Source: Macrostomum lignano
Taxonomy: Eukaryota
Direction: 5' to 3'
DNA length: 64,000 bases
Assembly: GCA_002269645.1 (NCBI GenBank)
Contig: NIVC01000850.1
Coordinates: 62,001-126,000 of the forward strand
This document shows positions 45,844 through 57,634 of this stretch, in pieces (the stretch's first letter is position 1; every line of letters starts with the position of its first letter). Under the pieces are notes generated by a model. The model was not told where the DNA came from and ran no database searches. It saw only the letters and a list, made by a program, of their open reading frames with translations. The translations under genes were made by a program, and so were the position numbers.

Positions 45844-48800
45844 ATGAACTCGAATGGTTGTTTAGTATTGTGCTCGGTTATTTTACATGCAGCATCTTTG
45901 TTGGCGGCTGGAGCTGCAGCCGAGGTCACCAGCATCCCCGACAGCGGCGTCACTGGTGCGTTCGCTCTGGAATCGATGCACGACAACTTCACTTGTGTCC
46001 ACGGCTGCAGCTGCCAGCTGGTGGACTACACCAGGAGCCGCTACGCTGTCCTGTGCCAAGGACCTTCCATTAGGGCCATACCGGCCTTTCTAACCGAGGA
46101 TCTGCATCAGATTGAGAGCATGACTCTGCTGAGGACTAGCATCACAAAAATTGGTGAGAACAGTGAATAATAAGGCTGATTTGTTTTACTGCGACTCCTC
46201 TATTTTAATTATTCATTCATGCTGATAATGGCCTGGGTAATTCAAATAAACATCAATCATATTACCAAACTAGTTACAGTCTGGTGGCAAGAGCTGGAAT
46301 ATTGCTGTGATTGATGACCAGAAAAGTACTGTGACTGTGACTCATTACCAAATCGTTCATTTTTTACACTCATATTTTTGTCTGGAACGAAAGTTCGAAC
46401 ATGACTTGTACAAAACCGTGCGTTTGCGTTCACATGCACACTCGTGTAACTGCATTCACACACTCCTATAACTGCATTCACACACTCCTATAACTGCATT
46501 CACACACTCCTACAACTGCATTCACACACTCCAACACTGCATCCACACACTCCAACACTGCATTCACACACCCCTATAACTGCATTCACACACTCCAACA
46601 CTGCATTCACACACTCCTATAACTGCATTCACACACTCCTATAACTGCATTCACACACTCCTATAACTGCATTCACACACTCCTATAACTGCATTCACAC
46701 ACTCCAACACTGCATTCACACACTCCAACACTGCATTCACACACTCCTATAACTGCATTCACACACTCCTATAACTACATTCACACACTCCTATAACTGC
46801 ATTCACACACTCCTATAACTGCATTCACACACTCCTATAACTGCATTCACACACTCCTATAACTGCATTCACACACTCCAACACTGCATTCACACACTCC
46901 AACACTGCATTCACACACTCCAACACTGCATTCACACACTCCAACACTGCATTCACAAACTCCAACACTGCATTCACACACGCCGCAGATTCGCTCAGAA
47001 TGTTCAGCAACCTGATGTACCTCAACTTGAACCAGTCGCTGGTCCAAGCGCTGGACTCAGGCCTGGTAACAACATTCCCGGCAGTCGAGAGTCTCCACAT
47101 CGCCGGCAGTCGCCTAGCTCAACTGTCCGACTTCAACTTGATGCAGCATCCAGCTTTGAGAGACGTCGACTTTAGCGCCAACCAGCTGGACAGTTTTGTC
47201 AGCAAAGGATCCATGTCGTTAAGGACGCTTAAATTGAGCGGCAATCTGTTTACTCGGCTGGACAGTGTGGGAGCCAGCTATGTGGCTCTGAGGCTGCTCA
47301 ATGTCGCACAGAATCGACTGACGCTGAATGGCCTCATCGATTGGGACCCGCCGCCTGAGCTGGAGGTGAGTAGCTGTCTGAGATTGGAGTTGCAGTGGGT
47401 TGGGGGTCTTGGGCGGTGGATTAAGAAGCGTGTGTTTTTGGGTGGTGGGTTGAGGCCTGTGAATTGGGGTGGTGGGTTGAGGCCTGTGAATTGGGGTGGT
47501 GGGTTGAGGCCTGTGTTCTTGGGTGGTGGGTTGAGGCGCGTGTTTTGGGGTGGTGGGTTGAGGCCTGTGTTTTGTGGTGGGGGTTGAGGCGCGTGTTTTG
47601 GGGTGGTGGGTTGAGGCGCGTGTTTTGGGGTGGTGGGTTGAGGCGCGTTTTGGGGTGGTGGGTTGAGGCGCGTGTTTTGGGGTGGGGTTGAGGCGCGTGT
47701 TTTGGGTGGTGGGTTGAGGCGCGTGTTTTGGGTGGTGGGTTGAGGCGCGTGTTTTGGGGTGGTGGGTTGAGGCGCGTGTTTTGGGGTGGTGGGTTGAGGC
47801 GCGTGTTTTGGGGTGGTGGGTTGAGGCGCGTGTTTTGGGGTGGGGGTTGAGGCGCGTGTTTTGGGGTGGGGGTTGAGGCGCGTGTTTTGGGGTGGTTGGT
47901 TGAGGCCTTGTTTTTGGGTGGTGGGTTGAGGCCTATGAATTGGGGTGGTGGGTTGAGGCCTGTGAATTGGGGTGGTGGGTTGAGGCCTGTGTTTTTGGGT
48001 GGTGGGTTGAGGCCTGTGTTCTTGGGTGGTGGGTTGAGGCCTGTGTTTTTGGGTGGTGGGTTGAGGCCTGTGTTTTGTGGTGGTGGGTGTAGGCATGTGT
48101 TTTGTGGTGGTTGGTTGAGGCCAGTGTTTTTGGGTGGTGGGTTGAGGCCTGTGTTCTTGGGTGGTGGGTTGAGGCGCGTGTTTTGGGGTGGTTGGTTGAG
48201 GCCTGTGAATTGGGGTGGTGGGTTGAGGCCTGTGAATTGGGGTGGTGGGTTGAGGCCTGTGAATTGGGGTGGTGGGTTGAGGCCTGTGTTTTGGGGTGGT
48301 GGGTTGAGGCCTGTGTTCTTGGGTGGTGGGTTGAGGCCTGTGTTTTGGGGTGGTGGGTTGAGGCCTGTGTTCTTGGGTGGTGGGTTGAGGCGCGTGTTTT
48401 GGGGTGGTTGGTTGAGGCCTGTGTTTTTGGGTAGTGGGTTGAGGCCTGTGAAATGGGGTGGTGGTTTAGTACTCAGGCCTTTTGTTGTTTATGTTTATGT
48501 TTATTGCTTATGTTTATGTTTGTTTTATACGAGTACTCTTGTAAAGCACAAATGCACTCCTATGTTAGCTTCGAGGGGTTGATTAGTGTTTTGGATTAAT
48601 GGATTAAAATAAATATTCTCAGTTGAAGATATTAGAGTTTAGGTCGTTGTTTCTCAGGTTAAAAGATTAAGGTATTGATTTTTACGTTGTAGAGAGATCA
48701 GCTCCACTAGGGGATTAAATTCTTGACGTATTTTGCTTTCTAGATGGACACGAATTTGACCCAGTTAATCTCATTTTACAACCAACAGGTGCTCGACCTT

Positions 48801-50376
48801 AGCGGCAATCTGCTGGGCGTCGAGTCCGGGACCTTGCGGCGCAGCTCCAACGCCAGTTTCCTGGGCCGGTTGCGCCAACTGCAACAATTGGATCTGAGCG
48901 ACAACCGGCTGACTTCGCTCAAGGCCATCACCGATTGGCTGCCAGCGGACGCCCGGCTGTGGAAATTATCGCTGTCTAAGAACCCGTTTGTGTGCAGCTG
49001 CTCGCTGTACAGAGACAAGCAACGGCTGGCATGGTGGGGAACTGATCCATTATTTATCAATTGCGCTTTTAGTAGGCTAATTTTCTGAAATCAATCACAC
49101 ACGTAACTATACTGGCAAACCATTTTTAGTATATTGGACTAGGGGATGTAGCTTAGTGGTCAGAGCGTCAGACTCACGACTGAAAGGTCGGGGGTTCGAT
49201 TCCAGACCCGCATGGTAACAATTTGTTTCCTTTAGCCAGACACTTGAATCTGCATTGCTTCAGTTCACCCAGCTGTAAAATGAGTGCCAGCATTAGCTGG
49301 GGTAATTGAGGGTGTGTGTGGCGACCCCCTCCCAGTCCTTGTACTGAACAGCCGTACGCAGGCCTCAGATACGCCGCGCAATAGCCGCGGCTGAGCTGTA
49401 GGGGGCACATCTGTCCATTAGGGCCAGATGAAATCAATTATTATTATTTATTCAAATTTGTGCTGAAAACGAATTGCCTCAGCGCTGGCTGGTGGTGGGC
49501 CGATCTCGTCAAATACACCACTCGGCTGTCTCGATCCCGCAGGCAAGGCGTGGTCATCGCCGACACGCCAACCTGCCGTTTGAGCAACGGCAGCGACTGC
49601 CCACTGACGAGGCTGGGCAGCTGGGCTTGCGACGGCGACAACGGCGGCGGATCGTCGGTTACGAAAACCGGACCGACCCTGGCGCCGCGGGAGGATCTGG
49701 CATCGGCCTCTCTGTTGCTCCGCCTGCCAGCCGTGCTCGGTTGACCGCGGCAGCCGCCGCCGCACTCGCCATCCTGGCCGTTGGCGGCGGAGTCTGGGCC
49801 TGCCGACGTCGGCGTCATCAGCAACGCCGACAGAAGCAGCGGCAGCAGCAAGAGCTGGACTCCGAGTGTCCCTACAACACCGTGTCGGTGAAGTCAACCA
49901 ACCTGACAGGCAGCCAGCTGTCTGTGGCCACCTACCGGTCCGGGCTGCCGTATGCATTCGATCCGCAGCGATCGAGGGTGTTTTCCAAGAAACTGCATCC
50001 GCCTGCAGAGCCGGGGGTGCAACAGCAGCAGCAGCAACAGCAGCAGCTGCAGCTGCAGCAACAACTGCAACAACTTGGATCGCGCTGTCAATCGGAGCAA
50101 ATCCTGGGCAGAGGATCAACTCCGTTGCCGCCGATCCCAGACTCAATGACGGGTCAGCAACAGCCGAGACCGGAGGCCTACAGCTACATCGATATGGGCG
50201 GCAACAGCGTCAGCAACTCGTCAGCTTCCATAGACGCCAGCAATACAATGAATTACATGTACGACGAGGTGCAGCAGCGGCCAACAACAGCGCGAGGAGG
50301 TGACGTCAGGGACGGCGCAGTGCCAATCGAGGGATACGTGGACATGTGTTCGAATCACAGTGCAAACGTGGCTTAA
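45844..50376 (+). CDS. Single-pass leucine-rich-repeat transmembrane protein; exons 45844-46153, 46989-47365, 48789-~49006/49033, 49483-50376 (frame switch near 49650-49730)
   Basis: Signal peptide, LRRNT (C..GCSC...VLC), LRRs (LRDVDFSANQL, LRTLKLSGNLF, LQQLDLSDNRL), LRRCT (NPFVCSC...), TM AAAAALAILAVGGGVWAC followed by RRRR, and a tyrosine-motif tail. No TIR domain. Confidence 0.82.
46445..46980. repeat. 21/22-bp repeat in LRR intron 1
   Basis: Unit ACTGCATTCACACACTCC(TATA/AAC); ends ~8 nt before the acceptor. Confidence 0.95.
47430..48470. repeat. G-rich ~27-bp repeat in LRR intron 2
   Basis: Unit GGGTGGTGGGTTGAGGCCTGTGTTTTG and variants. Confidence 0.93.
49142..49452 (+). mobile_element. 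tRNA-derived SINE with CORE-like central domain and (ATT)n tail, in LRR-gene intron
   Basis: A box TAGCTTAGTGG and B box GGTTCGATTCC, but no pairing acceptor stem. Central CCTTTAGCCAGACACTT...CTTCAGTTCACCCAGCTGTAAAATGAG resembles the CORE-SINE consensus. Ends in ATTATTATTATT. Confidence 0.8.
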
Positions 50377-50469
50377 AAGTCAGGATGATCTGAGAGATTT
50401 CAAGCCAAATATGAAGATTCGGAAGACAATTAGGTCTAATACTCGTCGTAAGGGGCTTGGGAGAATTTC

Positions 50470-50985
50470 TTTCCAGAGTTTGAGGATCTGGGAGAATTAC
50501 AAACCGAATTTGAGGATCTGGAAGAATTATGCATCCAGTTTGAGGATCTGGGAGAATTATGAATCCAGTTTGAGGATCTGGGAGAATTATGAATCCAGTT
50601 TGAGGATCTGGGAGAATTATGAATCCAGTTTGAGGATCTGGGAGAATTACAAACCGAATTTAAGGATCCGGGAGAATTTTGAATCCAGTTTGAGGATCTG
50701 GGATAATTAAAACTGAGTTTAAGGATCTGGGATAATTAAGAACCGAGTTTAAGGATCTGGGAGAATTATTAATCCAGTTTGAGGATCTGGAAGAATTAAA
50801 GCCCGAGTTTGAGGATCCGGGAGAATTTTGAATCCAGTTTGAGGATCTGGGATAATTAAAACTGAGTTAAGGATCTGGGATAATTAAGAACCGAGTTTAA
50901 GGATCTGGGAGAATAACATGTAAGAACAAAGTTTGAGCATTTGGGAGAATTACAAACCGAGTTTGAAGATCTGGGAGATTTCAAA
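50470..50985. repeat. 30-bp repeat after the LRR stop codon
   Basis: Unit CAGTTTGAGGATCTGGGAGAATTATGAATC. Confidence 0.9.
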
Positions 50986-51764
50986 GGTCTAACAATCTAA
51001 ATTATTACTCACACACCACATTCCATACATGCCTTAAGTACCTGCTTAAATTGAAATAAAATATCAAAATATTTGACAGATAACTAATCTGCTGCATAAA
51101 AAATTAATGCACCCGCTGTAACAGTACGGGCGTAACCTATAATATGTTAGATATATCTGTAAATAGTTACCCAAAGAAGTTGAACTTTTAAATAAATTTG
51201 AAAATACAAACAATTTGTCAACTGAAGTCCAATTCAGCTACAATATTACAGACTTAAAGAAACTTCCAATTACTCGAAGATGTTGAATTTATTTGGAACT
51301 CAATCAATTTTTTTGCCGCAATATGCTACCACACAAAAACCATAACTGTGAAAATTCGCTCATAAATTTTAGAGACGCATGAAAAAAATAAGTCACGCTT
51401 GCACGCGATACTACTTGACGCAGTGGAATAGAGAGTAAGCATCAACTCGAATTTCAGACATTAAAAAGAAAAATCCAATCACCAAAAAGTGCAAATTAAA
51501 GCAAAAATATAACGCTTTATTAAATCATGCGGGAAAAACGCGCGCATTACTACTAACCAAGGCCTTACAGTAGCGAGTAGGTAAAGTTGCGAAACAGCAT
51601 ATGATAACGCCTTACGAGCATGAAAATGCGCAATAAATTAATTGAAGCTATTATTATGCGCAGGTAGGCCCGAAATCAGAAGAATTAGAAAAAGCAATCA
51701 AAAGTAGTGACGCAACAATAATTTATTGAAATCAAATATAAAGCCGCCCATACAGTGATTTAAA

Positions 51765-52235
51765 CATCCGATATGTATCGAAAAGCACACAAACTGATAA
51801 ATTCACAATCACCCGATATGTATCGAAAAGCACACAAACTGATAAATTCACACTCACCCGATATGTATCGAAAAGCACACAAACTGATAAATTCACACTC
51901 ACCCGATATGTATCGAAAAGCACACAAACTGATAAATTCACACTCACCCGATATGTATCGAAAAGCACACAAACTGATAAATTCACACTCACCCGATATG
52001 TATCGAAAAGCACACAAACTGATAAATTCACAATCACCCGATATGTATCGAAAAGCACACAAACTGATAAATTCACACTCACCCGATATGTATCGAAAAG
52101 CACACAAACTGATAAATTCACACTCACCCGATATGTATCGAAAAGCACACAAACTGATAAATTCACACTCACCCGATATGTATCGAAAAATAGGAAAACA
52201 CAAAAGGAGTCCCATATCCCGATATGTATCGAAAA
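51765..52235. repeat. 45-bp minisatellite 3' of the TARBP1 stop
   Basis: Unit CCGATATGTATCGAAAAGCACACAAACTGATAAATTCACACTCAC. Confidence 0.95.
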
Positions 52236-52277
52236 ACACAAAACTTGACAGCAAAAAAATCAATCCGACCAGCAGCG

Positions 52278-55200
52278 CTACAGATCAGGCGAAGCGGCGG
52301 CGGTACAATCCTCCAGCAGCAGACGCTGTCTTCGATATTCCCACAGCGCCAGAGCGGCCGACACGTGCACATTCAGCGATCGAACTACGCCGGACATTGG
52401 AATCTCCAGACAGGCGTCCAGCTCGCCAATCAAATCCGGCGGAATGCCGCGCTTCTCGTGGCCAAGCAGCAGGAGGCAGCGCCGGGTAGCGGGGAACTGG
52501 AAGCGGTGCATCGGCCGGGAGCGCTCGGTCTGCTCCAGGCCGATCAGGGCGACGCCTTCGGCTCGCTGACGCCGCAGAAAGTCGAGCAACGGCTGGCCGG
52601 GCGGCACCTCGGCGAGGCGGAGCCAGCGGTGGGCGCCAAGCGACAGCTGGTCGAACTCCGGATCGGCTAGAAGTCGAAGGCTCGGCAGGCAGACGTCGGA
52701 GATGCCGAACGATTCGGCAGAGCGGCAGAGGCCGCCCAGATTGTTGGCCTTGTCGATTAGGGAGGCCACAATGATGAGGCCGCCGGCGGCGGAAGCTGCG
52801 CCGACTGCAGTTGCAGGCTGGCTGAAGAAGTGAGAAAGAGAGCATTTGCCGATATGTATCGAATTGAATACAACTTAACAGCATATCATTAACAATTCTT
52901 AGAAGCGCCTTCCGATATGTATCGAAGTGAATATAACTTAACAGCATATCATTAGCAATTCTTAGAAACGCCTTCCGATATGTATCGAATTGAATACAAC
53001 TTAACAGCATATCATTAGCAATTCTTAGTAACGCCTTCCGATATGTATCGAATTGAATATAACTTAACAGCATATCATTAACAATTCTTAGAAACGCCTA
53101 CCGATATGTATCGAAGTGAATATAGCTAAAGCAGAGAGGAGAGAACATTAATAAAAGCACAAAAATCGTAGTAAAGCGTGCCGATATGTATCGAAAATAA
53201 CATTAGAAAAAGTGCACTTACGAGCACTGTTGAGCCGATTGAGGTTTCCGTTGCAAACTACTTAAAGTAGGTTCGTTAACAGCCGACTCCTGCTGCTGCT
53301 CAACTACAGACGAGGCGGCGTTTAACACAGCCGATTCCAGAGCTTCGGCCGCTTGCCATCGATTTGGTAGCAACAGCTGACGCTCCAACGGTTCAATAGA
53401 GGCAGCGGAGTTCACTGTCACCACTGGCTGTTGAGCACTGCATCCGGTAGGCGTGGAGGCGATCGACCACTGATCTGGCAGGATCAGCTCCTCGGCCTGA
53501 AGGCCCCACAGCGCGGGAGCCAGTCGGCAGACCGAATCGAGGCTCAGGTGGCCCCTAGGCAGGAAGTCGCTCAGCCACCAGTGCCGTTCAAGCAGGCCGA
53601 GCTTGCGGAATGCGTGCCGAGAACGGCGGAGAAAATCCGACCGCTGCGCTAAGCGACTTTCCACCGCGGCGTCTGGTGGTTTTTTATTAGGGAAATGAGA
53701 GTGGGATAGTCTCACCCTCACTGTAGGATAATCTCACCCTCCCTGTAGGATAATCTCCCACTCAATGTACGATAATCTCTCCCTCACTGTAGGATAATCT
53801 TCCCCTCACTGTACGATAATCTCCCCTCACTGTAGGATATTCTTAACCTCATTTCAGGATAATCTCCCCCTCACTGTGGGATAATCTCCCACTCACTGTA
53901 GGATAACCCCCCTCACTGTAGGATAATCTCCCACTCACTGTAGGATAATCTCACCCTCACTGTAGGATAATCTCACCCTCACTGTAGGATAATCTCTCCC
54001 TCACTGTAGGATAATCTCCCCCTCACTGTACGATAATCTCCCACTCACTGTAGGATAATCTTCTATCACTGTAGGATAATCTCCCACTCACTGTAGGATA
54101 ATCTCACCCTCACTGTAGGATAATCTCACCCTCACTGTAGGATAATCTTCCATCACTGTAGGATAATCTCCCACTCACTGTAGGATAATCTTCCCCTCAC
54201 TGTACGATAATCTCCCCCTCACTGTAGAATAATCTCCCACTCACTGTAGGAAAATCTCTCCCTCACTGTAGGATATTCTTAACCTCATTTCAGGATAGTC
54301 TCACCCTCACTGTGAGATAATTTCACCCTCACTGTAGGATAATCTCCCCCTCACTGTAGGATAATCTTCCCCTCACTGTAGGATAATCTCCACCTCCCTG
54401 TAGGATAATCTTCCCCTCTCTGTAGGATATTCTTAACCTCATTTCAGGATAATCTCACCCTCACTGTGAGATAATTTCACCCTCACTGTAGGATAATCTC
54501 CCCCTCCCTGTAGGATAATCTCACCCTCCCTGTAGGATAATCTCTCTCACTGTAGGATAATCTCCCCCTCACTGTAGGATAATCTCACCCTCCCTGTAGG
54601 ATAATCTCTCTCTCACTGTAGGATAATCTCCCCCTCACTGTACGATAATCTCCCACTCACTGTAGGATAATCTTCCATCACTGTAGGATAATCTCCCACA
54701 CTTTGTAGGATAATCTTCCCCTCTCTGTACGATAATCTCCCCCTCACTGTAGAATAATCTCCCACTCACTGTAGGAAAATCTCTCCCTCACTGTAGGATA
54801 TTCTTAACCTCATTTCAGGATAATCTCACCCTCACTGTGAGATAATTTCACCCTCACTGTAGGATAATCTCCCCCTCACTGTAGGATAATCTCCCCCTCA
54901 CTGTACGATAATCTCCCCTCACTGTAGGATATTCTTAACCTCATTTCAGGATAATCTCACCCTCACTGTAGTAATCTATTACTACGCTGGTAGAATACAG
55001 TGACCAATAAAATATGATCATCTGTTTAGGATGATAAAGAACACAATCTCATCAAAGAAGATTTTTTCGCAAAATCAACAACCGACTCACCTTTCAATCG
55101 GGCAGCACTGGCGGCCATGGAGCTCAACCGCAGTTCGGCAATTTGAGCATGCAATCGAATTTGCAACTGCTGAGCCAGGCACCAGTCTGCTGCCAGAGTC

Positions 55201-57550
55201 AGCACCCGGGTCACGTGATCGCTCAGTCGGCTGTCCGAATCTGCCAGCAGCTGATTGGCCACGAGAATCGATACGGATAACAGGCACGTGACGAATGCTG
55301 GCCGGCTGTCCGTGGAGAATTTCGACTGCGGATTGGAGATGGGGGAATTGTTGACTGTGTAGCTGATGGGGAATTGTTGACTGTGTAGCTGATGGGGGAA
55401 TTGTTGACTGTGTAGCTGATGGGGAATTGTTGACTGTGTAGCTGATGGGGAATTGTTGACTGTGTAGCTGATGGGGGAATTGTTGACTGTGTAGCTGATG
55501 GGGAATTGTTGACTGTGTAGCTGATGGGGAATTGTTGACTGTGTAGCTGATGGGGAATTGTTGACTGTGTAGCTGATGGGGAATTGTTGACTGTGTAGCT
55601 GATGGGGGAATTGTTGACTGTGTAGCTGATGGGGAATTGTTGACTGTGTAGCTGATGGGGGAATTGTTGACTGTGTAGCTGATGGGGAATTGTTCACTGT
55701 GTAGCTGATGGGGAATTGTTCATTGTGTAGCTGATGGGGAATTGTTCATTGTGTAGCTGATGGGGAATTGTTCACTGTGTAGCTGATGGGGAATTGTTCA
55801 CTGTGTAGCTGATGGGGAATTGTTCACTGTGTAGCTGATGGGGAATTGTTCACTGTGTAGCTGATGGGGAATTGTTCATTGTGTAGCTGATGGGGAATTG
55901 TTCACTGTGTAGCTGATGGGGAATTGTTCACTGTGTAGCTGATGGGGAATTGTTCATTGTGTAGCTGATGGGGAATTGTTCACTGTGTAGCTGATGGGGG
56001 AATTGTTGACTGTGTAGCTGATGGGGGAATTGTTGACTGTGTAGCTGATGGGGGAATTGTTCACTGTGTAGCTGATGGGGGAATTGTTGACTGTGTAGCT
56101 GATGGGGAATTGTTCACTGTGTAGCTGATGGGGAATTGTTCACTGTGTAGCTGATGGGGAATTGTTCACTGTGTAGCTGATGGGGAATTGTTCATTGTGT
56201 AGCTGATGGGGAATTGTTCACTGTGTAGCTGATGGGGGAATTGTTGACTGTGTAGCTGATGGGGGAATTGTTGACTGTGTAGCTGATGGGGGAATTGTTC
56301 ACTGTGTAGCTGATGGGGGAATTGTTCACTGTGTAGCTGATGGGGAATTGTTTACTGTGTAGCTGATGGGGGAATTGTTCACTGTGTAGCTGATGGGGAA
56401 TTGTTCACTGTGTAGCTGATGGGGAATTGTTCACTGTGTGGCTGATGGGGGAATTGTTGACTGTGTAGCTGATGGGGAATTGTTCACTGTGTAGCTAATG
56501 GGGGAATTGTTAATTGTGTAGCTGATGGGGAATTGTTCACTGTGTAGCTGATGGGGAATTGTTCACTGTGTGGCTGATGAGGTATTCAATATCTGGCTGA
56601 TAGGGGAATTCAATATCTAGCTGATAGCGGAATTCGATATTTAGCTGATGGGTGGAATTTAATATCTATCTGATAGCGGAATTAAATATCTAGCTGATAG
56701 GGGAATTCAATATCTAGCTGATAGGGGAATTCAATATCTAGCTGATAGGGGAATTCAATCCCTAGCTCATAGGGGAATTCAATATTTAGCTGATAGGGGA
56801 ATTCAATATTTAGCTGATGGGGGAATTCAATATCTATCTGGTAGGGGAATTAAATATCTAGCTGATAGGGGAATTCCATATCTAGCTGATAGGGGAATTC
56901 AATATCTAGCTGATAGGGGAATTCAATATCTAGCTGATAGGGGAATTCAATCCCTAGCTGATAGGGGAATTCAATATCTAGCTGATAGGGGAATTCAATA
57001 TTTAGCTGATGGGGGAATTCAATATCTAGCTGATAGGGGAATTCAATATCTAGCTGATAGGGGAATTCAATCCCTAGCTGATAGGGGGATTCAATATCTA
57101 GCTGATAGGGGAATTCAATATCTAGCTGATAGGGGAATTCAATCCCTAGCTGATAGGGGGATTCAATATCTAGCTGATAGGGGAATTCAATATCTAGCTG
57201 ATAGGGGAATTCAATCCCTAGCTGATAAGGGAATTCAATGCCTAGCTGATAGGGGAATTCAATATTTAGCTGATGGGGGAATTCAATATCTAGCTGATAG
57301 GGGAATTCAATATCTAGCTGATAGGGGAATTCAATCCCTAGCTGATAGGGGAATTCAACGCCTAGCTGATAGGGGAATTCAACGCCTAGCTGATAGGGGA
57401 ATTCAAGAATCAGTTTTCAGCGTTTTAAATCTAAAAACTGATATTAGTACAAAAAACGCGCATTTACTACTATAAATAAGTAGTAGATTACTAGAAAATG
57501 ATCTAATAAGAGTGAATTACTGCACTAAGTGAGCCGTCTCAGCACTGTTT

Positions 57551-57634
<84 letters not shown>

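Noticed and set aside
49142-49213. tRNA gene (Val-like CAC loop)
   Set aside because: The acceptor stem does not pair, and the sequence continues into a CORE-like domain and (ATT)n tail, so it is a SINE.
49800-50376. Toll-like receptor call
   Set aside because: The cytoplasmic tail is low-complexity with no TIR boxes.
56570-56600. Hammerhead ribozyme core CTGATGAG (also at ~11674)
   Set aside because: No downstream GAAA or supporting stems; the 56573 site is just a repeat variant.
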